A stretch of DNA of 64,000 nt, taken from assembly GCA_012026655.1 (NCBI GenBank), contig JAAILG010000217.1:1-64000 (forward strand), given 5' to 3'. Source of the DNA: Hydrolagus affinis (lineage: Eukaryota). Made by a program: the position numbers and the translations under genes. Positions 24,051-36,270 of this stretch are shown here, in pieces; position 1 is the stretch's first letter, and every line of letters starts with the position of its first letter. Below the pieces are notes generated by a model. That model was not told the DNA's origin. It ran no database searches and worked only from the letters and a program-made list of their open reading frames with translations.

Positions 24051-25291
24051 ATTATATTCTTTGATGCGCTTTGAAATGTCCTCCCTACGTGAAAGGTGCA
24101 TTATCGAATCCAAGGATTGTTTTCCACTATGGAACTGATTTTTGTGTAAGGCTTTTATTAAACTTTTATTCTTTATCACCCTCCCCGAATCCATGTGACT
24201 AGAAATGGGCCACCTATAGTTAGGATTCTTCCTGGATTCTTAAACAAATTCTTAGCCTAGTTTGTGATGTCATATATAAAGGAGTTTGAGTGCAGAGTGT
24301 AGCCTCACAGCAATGGTGTGGCAAAGTCTACATAATATGTCCGAATATGATACAGATATTGTCAATCGCCTGGATGCTCAATTCTTCTAAGTATTGCAAC
24401 CTTGACAGTGAACTCTTGACTAGCAACATGCAGTCTGTATATTGCTGTCCACAATTGGCTACCACGTTTTGCCCACAAATATACAGTCAATTCTCTTTAC
24501 AGTATATTCTTGAAGATGTGAAAAGCGCTATATCAAATGCAAGGATTATTTTACTGATTCATCATTGTTCCTACTGAAAGAACACAACAATGAACGCAAT
24601 TCTCTACTTATAAACTGCTTTAATCTTTCATGCCAGTAATTTTATGTTTCCAAATCAAAATATGGTGTAGCGTGGGTGTAAAAAAAGGATTCCGATAGCA
24701 AGTAGAGTTTTACTTCAGACCCACTGAAATACATCTGAGAGTAACCTGTTCCATACGCTTAGCAGAGGATCAATGTAGTGTTCACTTGACAAGTCCTTAA
24801 CAACTATTACTACAATGACTTTGCCTTTCCCATCCTATTGAGTCTAACATCAACAAATTGTGCATAGAGTAGTTATAAAATTAATCCTGCAATTTATGTG
24901 TATTTATTCCAGAAGATGGTAGAGTACTAATTAGAGCTGTGGTTATATTTGATGGCCAAGCTTGATTTAGAAAAAGTTTCATTTGATCCTCAAGTTTCCC
25001 GCCCCCACTTCTTTAGAGAGTCTCTGACTTTTTTCTTTCTACTGAGGTACAGTTCCATAGTAGTTAGTCATTCTTTGGTTCCTTGCCCGAGCAGCCATTA
25101 TTTATATACCAACCTTGACAGGAAATGTTGGCGAGCTATTTGACCATGAGAAAGAAAATAACATTCTAAGCATCTGTTCAGTTTAATACATATTAATTTT
25201 AATTTTGGGGGGGGACGGGAAAGGAAGGGGAAGAAAGGATTTTTAAGTTTACAAAACCTAACAGAAACATCTAACGTCCTTCCAATTCCAG

Positions 25292-25393
25292 GTCAGGAAC
25301 CACAGAGTGCCCAACAATGAGAACGAACAAGGACATTTCTGGCACTGGGGTATCTGGCTCAACCTCCACAGACGCTGGATTGGTGGCATCTGA
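25292..25393 (+). CDS. BCL2L11: BIM last coding exon (C-terminal membrane-targeting tail)
   Basis: Branch point CTAAC 25271-25275 and acceptor ccttccaattccag|, phase 0. Encodes VRNHRVPNNENEQGHFWHWGIWLNLHRRWIGGI*, a length and amphipathic tail matching the BIM last exon. Followed by a miRNA-site-rich UTR. Confidence 0.8.
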   Translation, partial: VRNHRVPNNENEQGHFWHWGIWLNLHRRWIGGI

Positions 25394-26360
25394 ACCCGTC
25401 TTCAGTTTTGACTCTGCAAGAGAAGCCAGTAGCAGGACTCAAAACTGTCAACCCAGCAGATGTGTAGCATTTCCAGCATTACTTACTGAATTAGATGACA
25501 TTGGCTGGCTGAAGATTCTGCTATTTCGATCCTTGCTTTCCTCCTTGGACTTTTTTTTAAAACGTGTTTGCTCGTTCATTTTTGGCATTAAGCTACATTT
25601 GTCATAAGGAAGAGACGATAATTCAGTAGATAAAAAGTCTAATAATCCATCATTTCATTGAGATTCACTCGAAGCCTATGATCTACACGGACCTTTGGCA
25701 GGCGAAACTATGTAATCTGTTGCAACAGTTTAGCAATGGATCAGCGCTTTTTCCCTTTCAAGCCTTGGATTGTATTTCTCAAATGTTTCCTGCAATGTTT
25801 TGGAACCTGAGCCAGCGAGTATCCAGGGCTGTGACCATTTCCCCAAAATGGAATCAAAATTATTTTCCTAATGCACCCTTATTCAACTGTAATTAATTGG
25901 TGGGGGTGGGGGGTGTGGGGGGTCAAAAGGAAACGGACGTGTGTAAGTTATTTTGGTCATATTTGTTAGACATAGAGCATCTCTTTCTGCGTTTGTGTTC
26001 TTTTATATCATTTCCTCCATTCCATCATCTGAAACCCCACTGAGCCAAAACTCTCTGTGCAATTGTTTATTTCATGGCTTTATTTTCTGCTTCATGTTAT
26101 TTAATTACTGTTCTTGTAGTATCTAGGACCCAGTATATTTGTAGCAAATGTTTAGCAGTTTCCACCACTCCCATCCTATTTTTTTTTACAATTCAAGTTT
26201 TCCTCTTTGCACTGATCACTGTCTATATATCTGAAGGGGAATCAATATGTGCAATATTGCTGTATATACGCTGCAAAACTTTTATATACAAACCATTCTG
26301 TTAAAAACTCTTTCATACCATGTTTGAAAAAAAATCAAATAAACCTTTCTTTGCTATATT
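25394..26360 (+). promoter_or_regulatory. BCL2L11: BIM 3'UTR with miRNA seed sites
   Basis: Repeat-free, U-rich ~1 kb stretch. Sites: CTGAGCCA (miR-24) 25807 and 26040; GTGCAAT(A) (miR-92/25) 26057 and 26249; TTTGCACTGA (miR-19/130/148) 26206; TGTAGCA (miR-221/222) 25463 and 26140. Confidence 0.7.
26338..26343 (+). terminator. Polyadenylation signal AATAAA
   Basis: AATAAA followed by U/GU-rich tract (cctttctttgctatattttgaatgttgggg); SINE debris begins just after. Confidence 0.6.
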
Positions 26361-27924
26361 TTGAATGTTGGGGTGCTTCACTAAACACCAGCTATGATAT
26401 ACACATAATAATAATTGCCTTTGATATAACGTCTTATCACATCATTGGGACATCTCACAGCACTTCACAGAATGCATTGTAAAGTGGATTGTGGGCGAAA
26501 CGCCACAGCCAAATATGCACAGCAATGTCCCACAAGAAGTCATGTACAAATACTGTACAGTATTTTGTTTCTTTCCCCTGCTGATTTGGTTTCCCCTCTA
26601 ATCAATAATTTGTGGTGGTTTACGCTGGAGTTTGTTTTACTCAGTTGACACCTACCTTCCATAATTTGCTGAGGTAGCCCCCAAACTGGCTGCCGAATAT
26701 GCCAACAAATACAGTCGCTACACTTTTTTGTAAATCCTGCGAAGCGTTTTGAGACATTGACGGCATGATAAGGCACCATATCAAATTGCAAAGATTATTA
26801 TTGTTACCTTGTGAACCTAATGTGAACATCTTTTATTTCTTCCGCCTTCAGTTTATTATATGGGGAATGCACCACCCATCAAAACAACTTTGTGATAATA
26901 AAGATCGATTGGTTTCTATGCGGTTCTTTAGGAAAATAAATATCAGTGTTCACTGAATTCATCATATGTTGCACGAGGAGATACTGCTTTAACATCTGGA
27001 CATCATCGGTTCTGCATACAGTGCAGAACCTTGGAATAATTTGCTTTTTTTTGTGCCAATTTTTCCTTCTTTCCTCGATTATACTAACTCATACCGGAGT
27101 ACAGATCCTTGGCCAACCTCATTCCCCACCTCACCCATTATTCATGCTCGACAGCAAGTGTTGGCAGACTTTACAACCATAGGAGCATTACAGCAGAGTC
27201 CAATCCTAACCTTACCTGAGATCTAAAATGAGTGGTCTACAATTGTGGAAAATTCTTAAATTGAATCTTAATTTGAGATGCGACATTTTAAAGAACTACA
27301 GAAAACAGGCCCCCATAAAACCTAATACTTTCAGCGCCTTGGGACGTCCTCCCGACGTGAAAGGCGCTTTATAAGTTTAAGTTGTTGTTGTTAATACTGA
27401 ATTTCTGATTTTTTCAGAATTCTGAGCAATCTTCAATTTAGAGACGCAGTAGTTCTCCAGGTTAATACAAGGTGTTTCAGAATTTCAGACTTCTTCAGAC
27501 ATCGACACATACATTTCAACAAGGGTGACTGCATAACAATAAGAAAAAACTTTCTATTTTTATAGCAGTAATGTGTTGAAACCTTCTGTATAGGTCATTA
27601 CCATTAAGTTGACATGTTTGTGTCACCACAAACAAAAGCCATGTTACAGTGGCTGATTTTCCCCTCCTGACCCATGGGCTTTGAGGCCAATTGAAGCCTC
27701 AACTACTTGTTTGAGATCGGTGAACTCAATACAGCCAGAGCTTAACACCATTGGTGACCTGGCCTTCTGTTTATTGCTAAAACAGCTCTGTCTCTGCCAT
27801 TAGAGTATTGTGGGGATGGCAGTACTTTTTCAGGTTCAGTATTTCAGGGATATCAACATACAGCTTTCAAAGTGTGATTTTACGTTAAGCTTGATCAAGT
27901 AGATTGTGTGTCAATCTGGTGCTG

Positions 27925-28275
27925 CAGTAGCCGCTCGCCTTGGAGTTAGAAGGTTTTGGGTTCAAGCTACACGTCAGGACTTGAACTCACATACTTTAAA
28001 GTGACACTCCAGTGCAGTGCTCTGGATTGCATTTTTGGAAGTGTTGTCCTTCAGGTGATATGTTAAACCGAGATCCCATCTACCTGTTCAGGTGGACGTT
28101 AAAGATCCAATGGCACTATTTGAAAGAACACGGGAGTTTCCTCCCAGTGTCATGGCCAACAATCCCCCATACTCCATATCTGTTTGTGGAACATTGATCA
28201 CCCACAAAATAGACAGTAAATCCACTTTACAGCATATCCTATGAAAGTGCTTTTGAGTTGTTTCAATTGCATGAT
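27925..28275 (+). mobile_element. Near full-length old Deu-domain SINE (SacSINE1/AmnSINE1-like)
   Basis: tRNA-like head (gagttagaaggttttgggttcaag) plus gacactccagtgcagtgct...gttaaaccgagatccc...caggtggacgttaaagatcc...ggccaacaatcccc. Confidence 0.8.
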
Positions 28276-28496
28276 AATAATAGAATCACCCGTGCTCTTG
28301 ATCTAGTGCATTTCACTTCTTCTAGATGTCTCAAAGCGCTCACAGAATGTGGTGTAAAGTGAATTGACTGTATATTTGTGGGAGAAGCAGGGCACTATAA
28401 TAGAAGCAAGAATTCTTATTAGTAACTGTGTGACATGACATGACTTTTTTTTACTGCTGTATTACCAGAATAATGAACAGCAATTGCCTTTCATTT

Positions 28497-28850
28497 ACAA
28501 CAACAACTTGCATTTATATAGTGCCCTCATGCCAAGCGGCATCTCAGAGCACTTCACAATGGTGGAGCCCAAAGCCGAGCCAGAGGGATGGTAAACATGA
28601 GAGTAAGCACGGTCAGAGAGAAAGATCTTAAGGGGCAACCTGAAGATGGGAAAGGAGGGGTTGAGGTGAAGGGGTTGAGGGAGGGAGTTCCAAAGTTTTG
28701 GGGCCTAGTGGCTGGGAGTGAGGATCTTGAAGTTGATTCGCTCTGTGACAGGGAGCCAGTGGAGTTTGGCAAGGACTGGGGTAATCGGGGTACGAAGTTT
28801 GGTGTGGGTGGGAATGTGGGAGGCAGAGTTTTGGATGACCTTCCCTTGTC
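28497..28850 (-). mobile_element. L2 LINE 3' end
   Basis: (caa)n cttgcatttatatagtgccc tail plus antisense L2 3' ORF2/UTR. Confidence 0.7.
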
Positions 28851-29390
28851 ACAGTACGCTTCACACAACGAGTTACTTTAAAATGTAGGGAGCTGCTGTC
28901 ATGTGGGAAATATGACAGACACTCTGTGATGGCAGTGTGATAAATGGGAAAATTTAATCTGTTTTTAGTGAGTTTAGATAATGGATGAATATTGGCCAGG
29001 ACACCAGAAGACACCAGAAGAACTCTGTGTTCTAGAAAGTAGTGAGATCTTTAACATCCACTGCAACCCAGGGAACCTCGGTTCACGTCTCACCAGAAGG
29101 ACATCACCTCCAAAAAGGTACACACTCAACGCCAACCTGAACTGTCAGTTAAATTAAGAGTTCAAGTCTTAATATTGTGCTCAAACCTTCGAGGCAAGAG
29201 TGCATTAATTGAGGCAAACCCATTGATACTTTCTCTGTGGCACTAGTTTTGTTTCAAGATCAATGTTTTTCTTTCCTGGCTGTAGTGGAGGCCAGAGATA
29301 TAAACCTTCTTACCCTACGGCAAGCCTCAGAAATGTGTAAATATGCTACTCAATTAAAGTGATTTAAGAGAAAGTACATGTGTCCAGATA

Positions 29391-29705
29391 TATTGCACTA
29401 AGTTTCAATCACTATGAAATGATAAATCTCCCACATGAACAATTACATTTTGAACCTAATCATTTACAGCCCAGTAAATCATGCAGGTCCTGTAAACCAT
29501 GTGTATAATGGGAATTCAAAATGCCCTCAATTCTATAGTTAAGATATTAAACACATTGGCTATTGATCACATCATTAATAAACCATTTTTATTAGTTGTT
29601 ACTTACATAATTATCAAAGCCTGTAATCCATAATGTGTTAGTGCAAATTTATTATGACTCCAGCTTCTGGAATTAAACCTGAGGATTTATTCCAATCCAT
29701 ACATG
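29391..29705 (+). repeat. Copy B (uninterrupted) of the ~300-bp duplicated element
   Basis: Colinear match to 1459-1697 + 1869-1943. Confidence 0.9.
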
Positions 29706-32544
29706 AGAAAAGTATACCTCCTCCCTTGCTCGCTCAGGATTGCCAGAAGAGGAAAGAGCAAAGCTGGATGCGAAAGGTGCATGGGACGATAACAAAACTT
29801 CTGTGTGGGTGAATGTTCTCAATTTCAAATGAATGTTTTAAACATATCTGAATGTGGTTTTACCAAAACACTAGCTAGGATTTGTTTCAAATGCGCAACT
29901 GATGCCTTTATTGGGCATTACAAAATGCATGCATTACGCCATGCATATACTGTGGACTCCAGTGCTGTAGCGACTATTTATAGATCAGAATTTTTATGCG
30001 AACACAATCCGATTAAACATGTTAATACATTTGAGCACACAGGCTAACTAAACACCAGATTGATACTAGTTTCACCGATAACTTAGCTCAGGTTGAGTTA
30101 GCAGAAGATCACTTAATTAAAAAAGCAGAAAAGACCATTCAGCCCATACATTTTATTTTAATAGTTCTGTAAAGGGTTCCAGACTATTGTATGCCCTACA
30201 TTTGACTATACCTGTATGCTCTGCTTCCTCCCAAGTCATGAATTTCTCCAGTTCCCCATAACTGACCAAAGTGGTTGATTCAGTTGCACCCTTTTATTTC
30301 AGAGATTGTTATCTCCTAGCCAAGCACGTTGCTGTATATCAGATCCCGTTCAGCGCAAGCATCCCAAAGGTTAGTCAAGACCCTGATTGTTTGCTCCTTG
30401 TTTTTCACAAATTATGTTTTTTTCCTTTCATAAATGTAAATGTTTACATCATATTCCCCTGTGCTCTTATTGTAAATGAGTGGAAATAATGAACAATTTG
30501 ACTGAATAAAGATTGCGATCTTTATAATCTTGAAAATTTAGGTTATCCTGAAATTTAGGATATCCTCTTTTGGACACTCCAAACCATCTTGGTCATTCAT
30601 CCCTGTACCTTCCAAACACATTAATATCTTTCATAATCTGTTTTTTGGTGACCAGCACAGTAATAATAATAATCCTGATTGTATAATGCACTTTGCTACA
30701 AAATTATGTGAGTTAATCTCCTTTTTCCATAATGGTTTCCCTTCCTAGGGCGTGCACTTCTTGAATCTTTAAGGGCTGAGTAGCTTTATTTTTTAATGCT
30801 CTCAGATTCCTACCACTCTCACTAGACAGGATGTGCGCCAGAGAAGCCTGGAGAGACACTGGACCAATTTAAATGCAAGTACTGTACCTGCCGTGTTAGG
30901 GCATGATATCACATTGCAACATCGGGGTACAGTTATACAGACAGACTCACGGTTATACTGACACTGGCTCAGGTCAGGTTATGGTTGTAGTTGAATCATT
31001 GACAGCATCTGATGGTGCTAGTGAGTCCTGGTAATATTCTGCTTCAAACACTATGGGTTGTTGCTTCAGGGGGGTTTATTCAGAACACCTTGTGCCAGAG
31101 GAATAGACCATTGTTCTTGCTGTGACTAAACAGCTTAACAGTGTTAAAGAATCAGCAGTGTTGAGTTTGTTATTCTGACCAAGAATCGAGTAGAGTGGAA
31201 GACATGAATGTAAATGCCACAGCTGCACAAGAAATTAAGCTCTCAAATAACTGACTCAACACAAAGTGCTCCCGTACAGTGCTACTCATTTTATCTGATC
31301 CTCCAGCGTAATTGATTTAATCCCTTCACACATACATAGTAGAATGGGATTTAAAAATCTATATTTTGTGGAGGTGGGGGTCGATCTCATTAGTACCCGA
31401 GATGGGAACATTTTCCCATTTTGAGCATTGTAGCATTAGGGAGCACTCAGTCCAGGTACAGTCAGGCTCTCCTCCATTGTCACTGTAGTTTGCAGTAATC
31501 CTAGCTTCAAAAATGGTGCAACAGTGTGACATTTACATTTTCCAGCACCGACTTTCCTTTGTGGCCTCTTTGAGAGAGCTTGCCAATTCAATGCCAAATT
31601 GTGCTGTGAATGCATTCTCACCGGGACTGGATTAAAAAACGCTCTCGTTCCACCTCCCCCCCACCCCCACCCCAATCACCCCCCCTCAGCTCAGAGACTG
31701 GTTCATCTCTTAATTCTGGCAGTAATTTTGATGTTGGTGCCAGAGATGAAAATACGCCCTGTACCACTCAGAACTCCATTACTTATTCCTGAATCAAGGA
31801 TTTACGTGATTATTCAGTTTCTTATTGTATTTGATTCTTCTCAGCCAATGACCTAGTTCACATTCTACTATTTTAAAACTTTTTTTCCCCTCTCTTATTA
31901 GTGCAGTAATTATTTAACAGACTGAACATTCACACAGAATTTTGAGGATAAACTATTTTTGGAAGTCCTGTGAAAATTCACAACAAGTCTTTACTTTAGT
32001 GTCCAATTTATGACATACATGTTCTTAGACATAACACAATATTAACAACGCGCCATTTCATTTCAGGCACCCAATATAATTGTTAATGATTCACTCTCCA
32101 CACACTGGGGTAAAGCTTGTGGTGATTCATAACCCATTCCTTGAGTTAATTAGCACACTGATCATTCTCACTGCTGAGCATCAGTGGTGCGCTCTGAGAC
32201 GCCGTCCGGCGTGGAGGGCGCTATATAAATCGAAGTTGTTGTTGTTACAATTTTAGAGAGTGGGGTCAGGGCTAGGCTGTGCATTGCTCCTCTCCACTCT
32301 TGCTGAGTAGTTTGCCTACAATATACAGTCATTACAGTTACACTAAATCCCGTGAAGTGCTTTAAGATGTCCTCCCAATGTGAAAGGCACTATATCAAAT
32401 GGTAAGGATTGTTTATTTATTCATTGAGACGAATAACCATCCAACTCTCTATCAAGGCTCACACATGAATCGAGGCCACTTGGTTTAACACTGAAGGTTA
32501 CATGTGGAACAGTATCGTCAGTGGAAGAAAAAAAAGGAGTCAAA

Positions 32545-32722
32545 CATAATAATAATCCTTGCATTTGAAATAGCGCCTTATCAGATCTTTGAGACATCTC
32601 AAGATGCTTCACGGAATGTACAATAAAAATGAATTGACTTTTATTTTGCAACCGAAACACAGCGGCAAATTGCACGCAGTGGTATCCCACAAACTTTGTA
32701 GATTGAATGACCAAATTATTAT
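32545..32722 (-). mobile_element. SINE 3' half
   Basis: ataataataatccttgcatttgaaatagcgcc...aaattgcacgcag...cccacaaac. Confidence 0.8.
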
Positions 32723-35120
32723 AATTTTTGTCCAAGATCCCTTCCGAAGTGGAGGGGAGAATAGTATTGGGGAAAGCACCAACAAAATCCTGGCACACAA
32801 ATAGCAACAGAAATAACTCTATTCCAGTGCCAATTAACTATATTGCAATAGGTGATTATACCAGTATCGACAGCCTTTGTTCTTTCTATGAACTCTCTGC
32901 TGATGGAAAATCCACAGTCATTTATTCAGCCAAAACACCTGCTGAAAACTGCAGTTCATCCGTGTTATTTATTTCACTTTGCTTTGTGTTCAACTCTTTC
33001 TAAATGTTTCAAAATATTATTTTCAAGTAACCTGACCTATTCCTTGCACATACGCTGGCAATCAAAGCAAGAAGATAAGGCATCTGTAAACACTTGTACC
33101 TGCAAGAAATACTGGCAGTGACTGTGAGAATTACCATAACATGTAGGAAATACAAAATGTGGTTTCCTTTTCAATACACACGTTATGAATACGAATTGCT
33201 GCACGCATGAAATGTTAGTCTTTGGTAACTGGAACATTCAACCTCTCCCTAACCTTTGGATCCACATTCGCAAACAGTTTATATCCAAATCCAACTCTGG
33301 AGCCAGGGCATAACAAATGTAATAACATTTATACTGTAGTACAGAGATTGTAACCCCCACCCCCCATCGAAGGAACATTTCAATGCATGGCTAAGGCCAG
33401 TTCTCTTAATAGAATCATCTCAACCAAGTAACTAACATCACAGCAACAAAAAAATAAAGCTTAAAACGTAAAGCCACTTACAAGAAACATTTTTAGATTT
33501 TATGCTGGATCACAAATTGGTTTAGATTAAGAAGGTCCTTTGGCCCATCTGATCTGATCTCTCCAGAATACTGCCCTACAGTCCTCCCATCAATCAAGCG
33601 TTTTTTTAATGCAAGCCAGTGAATTTTTTGCATTCAATTATCTCAGAATTCTTACATGGTTAAATGTTTGATTGGATGCTTTTTTAGTTCCTGCTGTCAT
33701 TTTTCTATACACATTATCCATGTAAGCACATGATCACATCAAACAGCATTCCAGATCACCACAGTAAAACGTCACAGTGGAACACATGGGATTAGTTCAT
33801 ACGTACAAATTTGTTTTAAATTATAATATGCAGGAATAACATAACATTTAGAAAGCCACTGCAAGTCTTTGAGTCTTTTTATTTAAAATCACAATTTGCG
33901 TCAAAGAAGTATCAAATGTCACCCAAATTGTGCTGTCCCAAATACTTGTTTACTACAAATGAAGATTCTGGTTTGAAAATATGCTATAATTTTGCAGATG
34001 GTAGAAACAGGACGCAAGATATGATAGACAGGGTGACCTTATGTAAACTTGTTCCATAAGCTGTCATACACAAACTCAAGTAAACAATGCATTAAACAGC
34101 TGAAATGTGCAAACTTTATCTTTCAAACGGGAAATTCCAGTAGTTATATGTGAATACCTTATCTGATTGATATAGACTACTGTAGCAATTATTACTGCTG
34201 TTATTATGGAGATTGTACACAAAATATTTCAAGCAATAATAATCCTTCTATTTGATATAATACCTCATCACATCATTGCGATGCCTTTGCAAAACATATT
34301 GTGAAGTGACTGTATTTTGTGGGCAAAATGTGGCAGCCAATTGCACATAGCAGTAGCTAAGTAAGGTCATAGATCCTAAGACCTCAAGATTGGTTTAAAT
34401 GAAGAAGTCCCTTCAGCCCATTGGATCTCATTCTTCCCAAATCCCTCCCTCGCCACTGTAATTTATTCTGGATTTACTTTTTAAATCCCAAGTAAAATGT
34501 TATATAGCTTTATACAATTCCCCTCTGAGACATTTTCTTGCACAAAACTGAAGAGCCTCAGTTGTCTAACCGTTGTTCATAGTTCATGCTGTATTCTACT
34601 ACTTGTGTGCTCAGCAATCTGAATACATCAATGAATTGGCTGCTGTTGTTATTGTGGGGGATGCGGATTGAAGAATGGTTTTGTGAAGCAGTGCTGCATG
34701 GGGCAGGAGAAAGAATTTCAACTTCACTGGGCTAGCTTATCACTGAAAAAAACCACTCACACATGAGCCATTTCCAACACACAGGGAGACATTGTCGGGG
34801 GAGTCAGAGAGGTGAGTTGGACAATAAAACAAGATTTATTTAGCATCCAGCATAGCAGATATAAGATTTTGGATTGCATTTCTGGTGTTTCTCCAACATA
34901 AGAGTGATAACAGTGGGAATTGACAGAAAAGGATTTTGCATTCTGAATTCCCATTGAACTAATGCCTTGTTTTACTGCTGGAAGTAACATGCAGTCTGCC
35001 CCTTCATAAGCTATAGCTCAATGTACAGTGAGAACTCCAAAATCAGATGGTAGATTGAAGACAACTTATTCTGTCTCTTCCTCTATTATAGAGGTGAAAA
35101 TTTGATCAGGATTCCAAGTA

Positions 35121-35886
35121 CAGGTATCCCCTGATTTATGAAGATTCGATACGTATTTTCGATTTAACTAAAGTAAATTTTTTACAACTTTTTTCGATTT
35201 ACGATATTTTGTTTCATTTTAACGAAATTTTTAAATTGTACTTGATTTTTTCTGTGCAGTATANNNNNNNNNNNNNNNNNNNNNNNNNNNNNNNNNNNNN
35301 NNNNNNNNNNNNNNNNNNNNNNNNNNNNNNNNNNNNNNNNNNNNNNNNNNNNNNNNNNNNNNNACGCAGTATATCTAGTACAAGCTGTTGAACTGGCATG
35401 TTGCTCCGTCATTGTTTACATGACGTCAGGTGGTTGCCGGTTGCCGATTGGATGAGGCCCAGGTGATCCCCAAGGCCTCGGGGCTCACGTTGGGTCCTGT
35501 AGCCATTGAAGTGGAAAACTGCGGCAATGAAGACGCCGGATCTCTGGGTAAGCCTAGCCGGAGATACCACTCCCCTGTGAGCCGCTCTAGACGCTGGATC
35601 TGTTCACGGTACGGGACCCGCTCGACTGCGACCGAGAGCCTCGGGACCCGCTCGATGTGATATTAAACTAATTATTCATTAATTAAATTCTTTAAGTCTC
35701 ATTATTACTAAATGCTTTGTTGCAAAGTGTTATTTTAGTGGGTTTTGGGTCTGAAAATTTTATCAAAAGCACGCACCTCGGATTATATAATGGGACCATA
35801 TGGGAAAACCCGTCCCGAGTTACGTAATTTCGATTACATAACGATTTTTCAGGAACGCAACCCTTTCGTAAATCGAGGTTCACCTG
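35121..35886. mobile_element. Tigger/pogo-like (Tc1-mariner) non-autonomous DNA transposon
   Basis: Imperfect TIRs CAGGTATCCCCTGATTTATGAA / revcomp CAGGTGAACCTCGATTTACGAA (16/22). TA TSD at 35119-35120 and 35887-35888. Spans an N gap, so continuity is inferred. Confidence 0.7.
35264..35363. other. Assembly gap (100 N)
   Basis: N run. Confidence 1.
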
Positions 35887-36036
35887 TACTGAGGAATACT
35901 CCAAGATTTTATTTGTTTGAAAGGTACTATATACATGCAAATGTTGCTGCTGTTGTTGATCTCCACCCAGAGGTTGCCTCCCAACATCCTCAGTGACTCT
36001 CACTGTCAAGGCTCATCCATTAATCACATATTGATC

Positions 36037-36270
36037 AGTTTCCTTACTCCATACGCCTAATAATAATCCCTCCAAAAACTCACAATAATAAAATTGGTCA
36101 TTTCAATCCACGGCTGTTTGTGGGACACTGCTGTGCGCAATTGGCTGCCGCGTTTTGCCCGCAAATGTACAGTCAATTCACTTTACAGTATATTCTGTGA
36201 AGCGCTTTGAGACGTCTAGAAAACATGAAAAGCGCTATATCAAATGCAAGGATTATTACTATTTTTATTA
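36037..36270 (+). mobile_element. 5'-truncated young tRNA-SINE
   Basis: agtttccttactccatacgcctaataataatccc...aaggattattact. Confidence 0.88.

Larger units (their letters stand above)
23545..24120 (+). mobile_element. Old Deu-domain SINE interrupted by the Penelope inverted insert
   Basis: ctgacactccagtgcagtgctgggg...aaccaagg...gatgttaa; SINE tail resumes after 24063 (gcgctttgaaatgtcc...gtgaaagg). Confidence 0.75.

Noticed and set aside
25317-25607. 96-aa ORF MRTNKDISG...
   Set aside because: Alternative frame overlapping the BIM last exon and 3'UTR; the splice phase dictates the VRNHRV... frame
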